DNA of 64,000 nt from positions 90,396,001 through 90,460,000 of the forward strand of contig NC_058368.1 of NCBI RefSeq assembly GCF_018350175.1, written 5' to 3'. A program made the position numbers and the translations under genes. Of this stretch, positions 26,345-38,450 are shown piece after piece (the first letter of the stretch is position 1; each line of letters opens with the position of its first letter). A model generated the notes under the pieces. The model ran no database searches. It saw only the letters and a list, made by a program, of their open reading frames with translations, and was not told the DNA's origin. The stretch is from Felis catus. Its lineage: Eukaryota.

Positions 26345-29300
26345 GCCTGGGAGCCTGGCAGCCCAGAACAGGCTGAGCCAAGAGCCCAGCGTCCCACCTC
26401 CCCCCAGGTTTCAGCAGCCTCATCTGAATAAGTGGGGGCGCAGAAGGAAAGCCCTTCAGGAACGGCTCAAGGTGTGGCCCCTGTCCAAACAAGCAGCGGA
26501 AACAGATGCTGCCAGCAGAACCTCCTTTGCTTTCTCCTCTGTTCAGCCCCATTTGGGACCGTGGTTTGAGAGGAGGGATGAAGAGTTTAGGTGAAAAGGG
26601 GGTGGCAGGGAATGGGGCCCAGGGAAACCAACCTGGAGCCCCGCCCCCCCCTCCCAGCTCTAGAGAGTCCCAGCTGTGACCTTCCCAGGATGCCCTACTG
26701 CTGAACATGGCCCTTGCCCTGCCCTCCCCCAAGGCTAGTGAGAAGTAAACAAGGCGGCAGCTGGGGAACCCCCTGGCAGGGCCCTCTCGCCTGCCGGGTG
26801 AGGTCAGGTGGTCTGGCCAGCAGTGAGTCAGCGTCCCATGACCACCGTCATAACAGGGGGATCCCCGCCCCGCTGCCACCTATCTCAGCAACATTTTAAC
26901 AAGCAGCCAGGAAGCAGGGGTGGGGAGCAGGACCCCCAGAGCCACAAGAGCTCAGAGAGGCCAGGGTGGCAGGGAGCTGGCAGTGTGGAGACCAGAGCCA
27001 ACCAGAAGGGGTCCAATGCCCCCTTCTGACATCTGCTGTCTTTCCCCTTCTTGGGTGTCAGGGACCTCCCCTATGCCCCACTTGCACCTGAGCCAGAAGA
27101 CCCACTATCTACTGGGCCTGCTATCTTTGGGCATATGACAAGCCTCTCAGTTTCCCCATCTTGAAATGGGGCTAGAATGGGGCCGCTCCCAGGCAATGCC
27201 CCTAGGCTTTGCTAGCTGTTGTTTGGCTGCCTTTGGGGGCGTCCACTGGGCGTAGGGATGTCAGGAAGGAGACTACAGTCGAGGTTGAGGTGAAAGTGTG
27301 GGGAGCACAGAAGAGACCTGGGTCAGGATTTTCTGGGGGACGAGCAGGAGTGGCTGGGAGGTTATCTGGTTTAGTTTATTGTTGTCTGGGATGTTGTAAC
27401 CACCTCAATTCCGCCCCCCTATTCCTCCCCCTTAAAGAAGTAACCCCATCCCTTGACAATGGTTTTCTGAAGTTCCCTGTATTTTCTTTGCGATGTGGAG
27501 CCAAGCTTATAGGGGGTGCTGGGGCAACCACAGACAAGGCCACCGCAGGACTCAGGCCAGGCTGCTGTAGGTCACCTGAAGGAAACCAGGATCACAGGGG
27601 ATCAGACCCCTCCAGAACCCAGCACTGGGTCCAGGGACTGAGTTTGTCCATGGAGGAACAGAGTGGTTCATGGGTGGGAGTCCCACACTGAGCTCCACTG
27701 TTCTCCCTCACAAGGGAGAGACACACCCTTGGTTCCTAACCATGCTAACTCATTCCACCTGGTAACTTTCCCCTGGCTCCTTCCTCCCCCTACCTGGAAC
27801 CCTCCCTCCCTCCTCTTGCAACCCAACCTCTCCATAATTGTCACCTCCTCCATGAGGCCTTTCCTGAGCAACCCCTTGGGAAAATCCCCAGACACTGAAT
27901 ATTACCTACATTTAACCCTTCCTGCAAAAGTGCACGGGCCAACCAAGAGTGTAGGGGCAGGTAGGGGCACCATGACAGGGTGAGGGTGGGGTGGGTCTGG
28001 GAGTGTTTCTAAAGAAAAAGGGCTCAAGGTAAGTGTCATCGGGGAAATGGAATAATGCCACGGAGAGTCACGGTTGGGAGAGTTAGGTAATGCTAAGTTG
28101 CCTAACTTAGCACCTGGGAGCACATGGCTGCTGGAGGACAGGAGCAGCGGTTCTGGGCTCAGCCGCCTGCCCAGCATTCCCCGGGGGGCGGGACACTTGG
28201 GTCCTGAAGGGAGCATTGAGGGTCACCCTCCACATCTGTCAGAGCCGCTCATGGGTGGTGGGCTCTGGAGACAGCTCTCACCAAAACTGAATGAGAAAAA
28301 GAAGACCGCCCACCGCCTAATTCAGGTCATGTGTGTAAAAGACATACCAGAAAGCTCGGTGCCCAAGTTGGGCAGAAACACTAAGCCCCATGGGTGGCAC
28401 CAGGGACCTCTCTGGATGAGACCCCAGTCCTACATGCCTGGCAGGGAAGGAACATGCAGCCAGAGCTCAGGCCAAGGTGGGGGGTCCCCAGAGGGAGCTG
28501 CAGACTGCCCCTGGGTGGAGGCTGGACCCAACCTCATCCTCACCCCACCCTGGTGGTGCCCTCTGGCCAGCCCTTTCTCAAGTATGGGTCCCTGGGCCCC
28601 TAGCACTGAGCAGGTCCTTGCCCCACAGACATGCCAGCAGGGGCACTGGTTCCCCCCATCCCTGCAGCAACAGGGAGAGCACACCCACTTCACCCGGCAG
28701 ATCCTGTGGTCTGATATAGGTGACTGCAGTTCCCCTCAGGCTGTTCATTAAGTGGAACCTGCCAGGATGGAGGCTCAGACGAGGGTCGTGGCTGGGATCC
28801 AATGGCACCACCCCTCACAGGACTCTCCCATCCTTGGTCCAGACCTACCCCTGGAGTGAGCACTGTTGGGGGCCCCTAGAGGACCATCCTGACAGCGGAT
28901 GGTTCTAGAATCAACGGAGAAGCCAAGAGGTGTGGGGGAGGGGGCCATGATGAGACAGAGGGCTGTGACAAGACCACGTACCCTTGCAGACGATCACTGA
29001 GATGGGAGCTATGTTTTCTGAAAAGGGGCAGGAGTTTGGGGTCATTGGCTCAGGGCCCTACTTGCCCCTCCCCCAAGTCCCATCAACAACCTTCTAGAAA
29101 AGTTAGGGGTGCCTCAGTCGGTTAAGCATCCAACTTCAGCTCAGGTCATGGTCTCATGGTTTGTGAGTTCAAGTCCCACATGGAGCCCCATGCTGGCAGT
29201 GCAGAGCCTGCTTGGGATTCTCTCTCTCCTCTCTCTCTGCCCCTCCCCCACTTGCAGGCACTCATGCTGTCTCTTGTGCGCATGCTCTCTCTCAAATAAA

Positions 29301-31054
29301 TTAGGGGGGAAAAAAACCTTCTGGAAATTTATTGGGCTTTCTTGTGCTCCAAAGTCCCAGTGCCCTGACAGCCCTCACCTCCAGGTCTGCACCCCCTTTC
29401 CCTGCCCCTCCTCTCCTCTTGGTCCAAGGGTACTTACCCCATTGCCCTGGGCCACACATGCCCTGAGCCAGAACTCCCCTCTTTCTGGCAGGCCTGGCTG
29501 GCTGCGGGCACCCCTTTCACTCTGCCCGTGTCTCCGTGCCTGTCATGTAGGGGAGCTCAGGTACTGTTTGTGGGGGGTGGTGTGAGTGCTGGACATAGTC
29601 CAACATCGCTGTAACCGTGATGCTAGGGAGCAGGTACGGCACAGGGTCCTCCTTGGAATAGCACTGGCTCACTGTGTAAAGGGGTCCCAGGGAGCCCCCT
29701 CCTGTGGGGGCCCAGGCAAAGACTCTGCAACTGCCTTGCCTAGCTGCCAGGTTCCAGCTGGCCCACAGACCACGGGGTGGGAGATGCTCCAGGTTTTCAC
29801 ATGTGACCGGATGAGAAGACAAGAGAATGGGGTCCCTGGAGCCCTGGTGGCTGGGGCTGGATCCTGGGCACCCAACTGTCCGTGGAGCCCAGAAGTTACC
29901 GTCTGGCAGGCCCTGAGCTAAGGAGAGAGGTCCTACAGGAGGCCATGCCCAAGTTGGCTTGCTCTCTGATGTGGTTAAAAGCATGTCAGGCAGGAAGAAT
30001 TCAGTAGGGCATTTTCACAGCTACCTAACATGGGCATAGCCCCCACCCCCGTACTGGACTGTAGGGACCCACACTCCTTCACTCTCCAGGTCTGCAGTTC
30101 TGGAGGAGGGGCTCAAGTTCCCCTTGACTAGAGAGTTCCAGTAAGAGAAGAAAGGTTACAGCCCTCACTCCTGCATTTTACATGCATCCCCTATTCCAGT
30201 CTCCATGCTCAATTTCCATCCGTTTTCTGGATGGAAATTTTCCTTTAAGGATTCATTTCTCCCCAGCACTGAGGTAGGGTATATGAGCCACGTTTGGCCA
30301 AACAGAGCATTGTAGCCCCCTGGGTCAGGGCTGGGCATGGAACCCAAGCTCAGTGCTGACCCTGAGCAGGAGATGAAGGCCTGATCTCAGCATCTGGGCT
30401 TCTAGGTCCCACCAGGCCTGATGCTGGATCACAAAATGGCTTAAACCAGTTGATTTGGATCTCTGTCAGTTGTAAACAAGAGTCCTAAACCATCACACCT
30501 TATGCCTGCCCCAGGGTTCCCAACGGCAATAACACTCACCTCAATGCAGGCCAGCAACCTGGGGGTCAGCTGTCACCACACCAATGCCCTCAAACCACCC
30601 GTAGTTCCTGTCAGTTGTGTGTCCCGATAATAACAGTAAAAATATCCACATAGTACTTCTCTTATGCCAGGAAGCATTCTAAATATTTTATATATATTAA
30701 CTCACCTGCTCCCTTGAGGTACCTCATGTGATCAGTTCTGGCCAAGGATGTGAGAGAAGAGCCATGTATCATTTACAGGCCGGAGCATTTATTTATTTGC
30801 CAATGCCAGAGCTTCTAGAGCTCTCTCCCAGTCATGAAAACCTATAACGTTCAGGTGGTTACCCCTGAAGCCTGGGCAGGAACTACCATGAGCCAAGTTC
30901 CCAGAGGACCTTTGACAGATGTATAGTTTTGAGAAATATACCTTCATTAAAGCATTAAAATTTGGGGTGATTAAGCCTATCCTATTATCCCATTTTACAC
31001 CCCAGGGAAATAGGCACAGAAAAGGTTAAGTAACTTGCCCAAAGTCACACAGCT

Positions 31055-32075
31055 TGTGATGGGGTTTTGGAGTGGTTGGGGTTCAGAGCTGACGGTGCAG
31101 AAAGAATTCTTGAAGGCATCTTTGGTGAAAAAAAGGTGATTTTATTAAAGCACAGGGACAGGACCCATGGGCAGAAAGAGCTGGGGTTGTGCAGAGTGAT
31201 TGGTACTATGGAGTTGGGGGAGGTAAAGTCAAGAGGAAGTTTTTTTTTTGTTAGGTTTATTTTTGAGAGAGAGAGAAAGAGAGAGAACATGAGTGGGGGA
31301 GAAGCAGAGAGAGAGGGAGACAGAATCTGAAGCAGGCTCCAGACTCCGAGCTGTCAGCACAGAGCCCAACGCAGGGCTCGAACCCACAAACCATAAGATC
31401 ATGACCTGAGCCAAAGTCAGACACTTAACCAACTAACCCACCCAGGTGCCCTAAGAGGAAGTTTCTTAAAGGGATTTCCATATGCTAAAGAAGACTCACA
31501 GATTACTGGAGGCCTAGCTATTGACAAGCTAAAGCTGTTTTATCCTCTAGCAAAGCATTATCATTAAGACAGTACAGAGCTCTGGGGCGCTTGGGTGGCT
31601 CAGTCGGTTGGGCGGGGCGGGCGTCTGACTTCGGGTCAGGTCATGATCTCATTGTTTGTGAGTTCTGAGTTCGAGCCCCTCATGGGGCTCTGTGCTGACA
31701 GCTCAGAGCCTGGATCCTGCTTCAGATTCTGTGTCTCCCTCTCTCTCTGCCCCTACCCCGCTCAAGCTCTGTCTTTGTCTCTCTCAAAAATAGACAAACA
31801 TTAAAAAAAAAAAAAAAAAAAAGACAGTAGGGAGTTCCTAGAGATTAGGCTATTGATAAGATTGCCCTTTTCTTGTAATATTACTAAGATGTTTGTAAAT
31901 GATGGAGACTATCACTTTAACCATTTGTTTTCTGTCCTTCCCTTTATTCTTGGGCAGCCAGGAGCTCCTGAGGATTATCACACATATTCCACAGGGGCCA
32001 GGGCGGGGGGCGGGGGGGTGGCGGGGGTGCTCTAGCTTGTGCTTGACCCCCAGCTTGCCTTATGGTCCCTAATCA
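31055..32075 (-). mobile_element. Solo LTR (ERV-type) carrying two nested SINEs, inserted in a MIR
   Basis: TG...CA ends, agct on both flanks, reverse-complement homology to 33288-33815; SINEs at about 31240-31451 and 31583-31822. Confidence 0.8.
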
Positions 32076-32249
32076 AGCTGTGTGTCACACAGTGGTACAG
32101 CCAGGATTATGAACCTGGGCAGGCTGTGTCTCTAGTCCATGCTCTTGACCTCAACGATATATAATTTCCTAAAAGTTGTTCTGACCTATCTACTTCTCTT
32201 CATCTCCAACTCTCTGCCCGTCATTCCAGACCACCTCTCCCCCAGATGG

Positions 32250-32733
32250 TGACGTCTAAGCAGAATGGAAAACTCCTCTACCCTTTGAGGTTCAGTAACT
32301 AGGGCCTGTGAATTAAACTGACAAAAAGAAATTTAAAAAAAATAATAAACTGACAAGAAACAGATTAGCAAGAAAAAAGATTTTTGTTAGAGTACTAGGC
32401 AGTTAGAATTTGGGGGCTTATATACCAATTTAATATGGGAAGCAGAGAGGAGAATGTACTTACAAGGAAAACAAATGACTTTTAGGAAAGATAAATGGGT
32501 CCTCAAGGAGAATAGATGAGAGGTATTGATGATGGTTTTGAGACAATGGGTTTATTAGGTGATAAAAGCCAATCTCTCCCCGGGTGCTCCCAGGGAGGGG
32601 ATTTAGGACAATTGAGATATATTAGGAGGCCTTGCTGTTAGGCAGATAAAGGAGTTCAAGGGAAAGCATATTTTCAAATGCTTTCAGCTCAAAATAATTT
32701 TCATGCCACAGTGGTGTATTCTGGAGTCCTTCA
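32250..32733. mobile_element. Putative second-family LTR remnant
   Basis: TG...CA bounded AT-rich block resembling ERV1-class LTRs; no clear TSD. Confidence 0.4.
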
Positions 32734-33287
32734 CCTACAACAGCTCCTGGCTCATCTCCCTGCTTTCTTTCTTACTCTCTCCAGTCCTTTCTCTCTGCCT
32801 GTGGTAGGTGATCAGTTCAAAATGTAGAGACCTTTGTATATGCTGACCCACCTGGCCATCTTTGCTGAGGCAACTCCTCCTCCTCCCCTGGGTCATACTG
32901 CTAACTCCATTTTCCCAGGAAGGCCCACTGTGTTTGGACAAGCTAATTGCCCCTATTGTAAGCTTTCTGAGCCCCATGGACTTTACCTTTCCAGCAGTGG
33001 GTGAAGTGGCCAGGGACAGGGCAGGGCAGGGACCAGGTAGATGTCAACGCACATGTGTCTGTGTTGCTAGTGACTCAAGCATGTCTAGCACATGGTGGGC
33101 ACTCAGAACATTTGTTACGAATGAATATGGAAATGAGGCATCCAAGGAAAGAAGGGCCACCTGAGGGGTGAGGTGAGGCTTACACCAGGACTTCCAAACT
33201 CTCCTGTGTGGAGAGACCTTTAACATCTGGAGAAGGCAAAGGATCTCTTAGAACCATGTTTTGAAATCCTTAAAATAAAGTATGTTG

Positions 33288-33815
33288 TGATGAGGGACCA
33301 TAAGGCAAGCTGAGGGCCAAGCACAAGCTAGCACAGCCCAGATGGGACATATGTGATATTCCTCAGGCACTCCTGGCTTCCCAAAAACAAAGGAAAGGAC
33401 TGGAAACAAATAGTTAAACTGATAAGAGTCTCCATCAGTTTACAAACATCTTAGTAATATTACCAGAAAAGGGCAATCTTATCAATAGCCTAATCTCCAG
33501 GAACTCCCTACCATCTTAATGTTAATGCTCTGTTAGAGGGAAAAACAGCCTGAGTTTGATAATTACTAGGCCTCCAGTAATCTATAAATCCTCTTTAGCA
33601 TATGAAAATCACTTTAAGAAATTTCCTCTTGACTTTACCTCCCCCAACTCCACAGTATATAAGCAGTCACTCTCCACAACCCCAGTGCAGCTCTTCCTGC
33701 CCACAGGTCCTGTCCCTGTGCCTTAATAAAATCACCTTTTTGTACCAGAGCCCTCTTCAAGAATTCTTTCTTGGTCATCAGCTCTGAACCCCACTATTAC
33801 CCCAAAACCCTATCA
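33288..33815 (+). mobile_element. Solo LTR inserted in a MER20B-like element
   Basis: TGATGAGGG...CCCTATCA; TATATAA near 33656 and AATAAA near 33725; flanks tgttg/tattg. Confidence 0.8.
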
Positions 33816-33972
33816 TATTGCATTGCAAAAGGAGTACTAATATTGAAATATAAATACCAAAATATAAAAACACAAATTGGTGGGGCACTTTGCTGGCTCA
33901 GTCCATAGAGCATGCAACTCTTGAGCTCAGGGTCCTGAGTTCAAGTCCCATGTTGGGCACGGAACCTACTTT

Positions 33973-33974
<2 letters not shown>

Positions 33975-34027
<53 letters not shown>
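33975..34027. repeat. (CA)n microsatellite
   Basis: About 26 perfect units between two inverted short SINEs. Confidence 0.95.
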
Positions 34028-34028
<1 letters not shown>

Positions 34029-34640
34029 TTATGATACGGAAACACCTGTGTTTTGTTTTTTTTTTAAGTAAGCTCTATGCCCAGTGTGGGGCTTGAACTC
34101 AGGACCCTGAGCTCAAGAGTCACATGCTCTATGGACTGAGCCAGGCACCCCACCTGTGATTCTTTATTAACTCATTAAAGTATAAGATACAGAGGCAGGA
34201 TTAATAAATACCAGAAACACCAAGTAGTGGTGTGTGACCACTATTTGGAGGTGTCTGCAATGCCTGTAATATGAAAATCCCTGTGATTTCTGTGTGACGG
34301 TCACAAGTACTGCTAATCCTGCTGACTCTGCATCCTCCATTCATAATTGAAGGAAATGCCAAGTTTCAGTTACTGATTAGTGAAAATAAAGACGGATTTT
34401 TTTTTTCCTTTCTCATCTTAACTCTTAGACCTCCCCAAATCTGGGAGCCTGGACCACAGGTTAAGAAGCCCAGTAAAGGAGGCGCCTGGGTGGCTCAGTC
34501 GGTTAAGGATCTGACTTTGGCTGGGGTCGTGGTCTCATGGCTCATTTTGTGAGGTCAAGCACCACATCAGCACGGAGCCCGCTTGTCTCCCTCTCTCTCT
34601 CTCTCTCTCTGCCCCTCCGCAGGTCATTCGTGGTGTGTGT

Positions 34641-34678
<38 letters not shown>

Positions 34679-35567
34679 AATATAAACATTAAAAGAAAAA
34701 GAAGCAGCAGCAGCCCGGTAAAGAAGGAAGGACCAGCTACCTCCAAGGGCTGTCCCAGAAAATCTCCAGAAGGCAAAGTGGGCTGAGGGCATTTTCACTC
34801 TGTAGGAAGCAAGAACAAAGGAAGAAGGGCCCACAGCCTGGGGTCTGGGGAGAAAGCAGGACTTTTCTGTGCCCATCTGGCTCCATCCTCCCTCCTGGGT
34901 GGAGATCAGTTACTGTCCCCAGGCACAGGGGCTGAACCCTTGGGTGAGGCGATGCTGCTCCCTAGCCCTGGAGGTGCCTGGAGCGAGTCTGGCTGCAGGC
35001 GGTCCCTGAAGCACTAATCACTGCAAGGGCACAGAGAGCAGTGGACAACCCAGGGAAGTCCAGCAACTGCTGCCCCTGTTTCAAAGGACAAAGTTGGGAG
35101 TGCAGAAGCCACAGTGGGGGGGCAGGCTAAAGTCCTCCCAGAGCTGGGACAGCAGGATCAGGCCCCTCTCCCCAACAACAGTGGGCAGAATGAATGAACA
35201 AATGAATGCAGGGACTAATGAATTATGGAACAGTAGACCGGGGCGCCTGGGTGGCTCAGTCCGTTAAGCGTTGGACTTTGGCTCAGATCACAATCTCACG
35301 GTTTGTGAGTTTGAGCTCAGCGTTGGGCTCTCTGCTGACAACACAGAGCCTGCTTTGGACCCTTGGTCTCCCTCTCTGACCCTNNNNNNNNNNNNNNNNN
35401 NNNNNNNNNNNNNNNNNNNNNNNNNNNNNNNNNNNNNNNNNNNNNNNNNNNNNNNNNNNNNNNNNNNNNNNNNNNNNNNNNNNNNNNNNNNNNNNNNNNN
35501 NNNNNNNNNNNNNNNNNNATGTCACTTCTGCAGGCCTCCGTTTATGTTGCCCCCTTAGGTTTCTGCC

Positions 35568-35666
35568 CTTTCCCTTGGGATGTCCTTTCTCTCCCAGCTT
35601 TCCTTTGGGATGTCCTTTCTCTCCCTCACACCCAGCTTTCCTTTGGGATGTCCTTTCTCTCCCTCA
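35568..35666. repeat. Minisatellite, 3 copies of ctttcc(c/t)ttgggatgtcctttctctccc
   Basis: Directly visible, period 30-38 bp. Confidence 0.9.
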
Positions 35667-37149
35667 ATGTAAATCCTAGCAGGACATTTGGGCGTGGTGG
35701 TGGGTGTGTGTCCCTGAGTGAGGGTGTGGCCCAGAGGACCCCCACCTCCACCCCCCGCCCTGCCCCCCCGGGGTTCTGATGGAGGCACAGAAAGGCAGCT
35801 TGGCTGGGGGGTCTGGAAAGCCTGCCCTCAGTTTCCACAGCCTGGACTCCTATGGCTGCCCAACCCAGCCATCTGTTTGGGTGTGGTTCCTGCAGCCTAT
35901 ACCCCCTAGCCCCCCCTCCCAATCCAGACCTCACACTTCCCAAAGTCAATCACCACCCTTCTCGACCATGGTGGCCCTAGGTAATCCTGTTTCTGACAGA
36001 GTCCCTGCAATTCCCAGGATCCTGCCCCCATCCCAGGGCCTCCCTAATTCCTGTTCCTCCTCCCCAAAGCCGGAGTGTGGGTGGAAGGGGACTCAGATGA
36101 GCTTCCCAAACTTTAGTCACAGATGAGCCCTCTCCTTAATTTTTACTGGTTTAAGAATTTTCCTTAAATCAACTCCTTTTAAACCTAAAGACACATTTAA
36201 GGGTGCCTGGGTAGCTTAGTCGGCTAAACATGGGGCTTCAGCTCAGGTCATGATCTCATGGTTTGTGAGTTCAAGCCCTGCGATAGGCTCTGTGCTGACG
36301 GCTCAGAGCCTGGAGCCTGCTTCAAATTCTGTGTCTCCCTCTCTCTCTCTCTCTCTGTCCCTTCCCCTCCCCCTGCTTATGCTCTGTCTCTCTGTCTCAA
36401 AAATAAACATTAAAAAAAAAAAAAAGAAAGAAAACTAAAGACACATTTAGAACAAGGTAAAACCCTTTGTATCACCGTCCAAATGAAAAACCATTATTCC
36501 CTGCCACAAACAGAAGATGCCACAGGAACACAAAACCAGACCATTTCCTCCAGAAGATTCCAACAAGGCCTGGTGTCAGTTCATAAAGTTCATTACAAGC
36601 AGAGAGAGCAGTACCAACCTGTCAGCGTTGGAATCAGGCCCCAGGATGAAGTCCCACCTCAACTACTGGCCCTGCCTCACCTGCTCCTGGCATAAACACC
36701 TCTACAGAGGCTAATGCCCAGACCCTACAATGCTCCCAGGAGCACGTCCTGCCCCAGGTGTGGACCTGGGCTGGAAGAGAAAGAGAAATCCCCAGTGACT
36801 TCCAGTCTGAAACCTGTCCCCTGCCAAAGCCTCTCCCATGGGGCGGGGCTCGCAGGCAATGCTGGAAACCAGGATTCTTAGGAATTGGACAAGGGTGCTC
36901 CCCAGATGTCTGCCCTGAACCTCAGTTGGACAAATCCCCTTTGTTTGTACCCTCGCTGGTTTCACGGAGGGTGGGGAGGGGGTAGGAGGGAGGGGCGAGG
37001 CAAAGAATTCAGGTGTAAGCGCTGGACCATTAGGGGCCTCGGACAGCATCCCCCTACTGTTCCACCTGCCTCCCGCCCACCTGGGAAGCCAGGCCCGCTC
37101 TGGACTGGTCACTGTGCCCAACACCCAAGTAACAGTGGCTCTTCCGCTC

Positions 37150-38450
37150 TTGAAAAACGCCGATTGTGCACACTCTGAGGAGCAGGAGCGCCTCTCTGGC
37201 CCCCAGCACGCCTTTATCCGGCTGACTACAGAAAGGTCCTGGAAGGCGAAGCGCCCGTGGGCGTCGGTGCAGGCAGCGGCCACTCAGGCCAGTCTCCCAC
37301 CTCGAGGCAACACCAGCTCCAGCCGCATCTTTCCCCCTCCCACCGCTTAGACCTGGGGGCGGGGCCTGAGGGTCCCCCGAATAAATGGGAGCGGGGTCGG
37401 ATCTGAGGTGGGGAGGGTTCATAATGGAGAGATTACGAAGCAGGGGTCCGGGGCCCCCGGCGCGCCTCCACCACCGCCGCCCACCCGCACTGCCGAAGGC
37501 CCCAGCCTCGACCTACCCGTGGCGGCCCGAGGCCTGGGACGCGCAAGCCCACGCGGGGGCCACTGTCTCGAGCCGCACGGGCGGGATCCCGGGCGCTAAT
37601 ACCCCACCCCGCCCCCTCGTGGTGCTGGTGGCGGCAGCGGGTGATGCGGCCCCTTTAAATCCGGGCCGCCCCGCCCTGCGCTGCCGACTCCGCGGCGGCC
37701 CCGGATCCAGGCCGGGCCGCGGCTCTCGCCGCCCAGCCTAGCCTAGTCCAGCCCGGCCCGGCCCAGCCGCCCAGCCGAAGCCGCCCGCGCCGCCAGCCCC
37801 GCGCCCCGGAGAAGCCGTCAGCTCGGCGCCCGGCCGGGTCCCCAGCGCCGCCCGCCCGCATCCCCGCCCGGCCCCGGGCCCCCAGCCCCTCCCCGCCCCG
37901 GGGCCGGGGCCCCCGCCGCCTCCCGGCCCCCGCGCCCCGGCCCCGGTTCCCCGGGCCATGCGGCCTCGGCCCCGCCGGCGCCCGCCGCGCACCCGAGGAG
38001 ATGAGGCTCCGCAATGGCACCTTCCTGACGCTGCTGCTCTTCTGCCTGTGCGCCTTCCTCTCGCTCTCCTGGTACGCGGCGCTCAGCGGCCAGAAAGGTG
38101 AGCCCCCTCCCCCGCCGGGCCCCGCGCCGCGTCCCACACCTGGGCTCACCTGGGTGCTGGCCGCCGGAGCAGGGTCCGGCCAGTGGCCGCGGGAGGCGGC
38201 CGGAAGCCGACGCAGGCGCCCCTTCCCCGCCCGGGCGGCGCGGGAGGACGCCCCTCCCATCCTCGCCCCCACTTGTTTGCTGCCGGAATAGCGAAATTCT
38301 CCTCCGGCCTGGGCTGGGCCGCCGGGCCGAGCGGTCAGCAGATGCGCGGTGCGGCGCCCAGGACCCCAGACCGCTCTCCGGGAGTACAGTTACGCCGCTG
38401 CTAGGGCTGGTCGCTCCCACGGGCGAGCCGGGGACCTTGGAGTTTCTAGA
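37150..38450. promoter_or_regulatory. MGAT4B CpG-island promoter and 5'UTR
   Basis: Very high GC and CpG, GC boxes, TATA-like TTTAAA at 37654-37659. Confidence 0.85.
38001..38097 (+). CDS. MGAT4B: N-acetylglucosaminyltransferase IVb (GnT-IVb) exon 1, signal anchor
   Basis: MRLRNGTFLTLLLFCLCAFLSLSWYAALSGQK, donor AAG|gtgagc. Confidence 0.97.

Noticed and set aside
28074-28751. 225-aa intergenic ORF (and the similar 229-aa ORF at 50938-51627)
   Set aside because: No recognisable homology or supporting exon structure; consistent with chance in GC-rich DNA.
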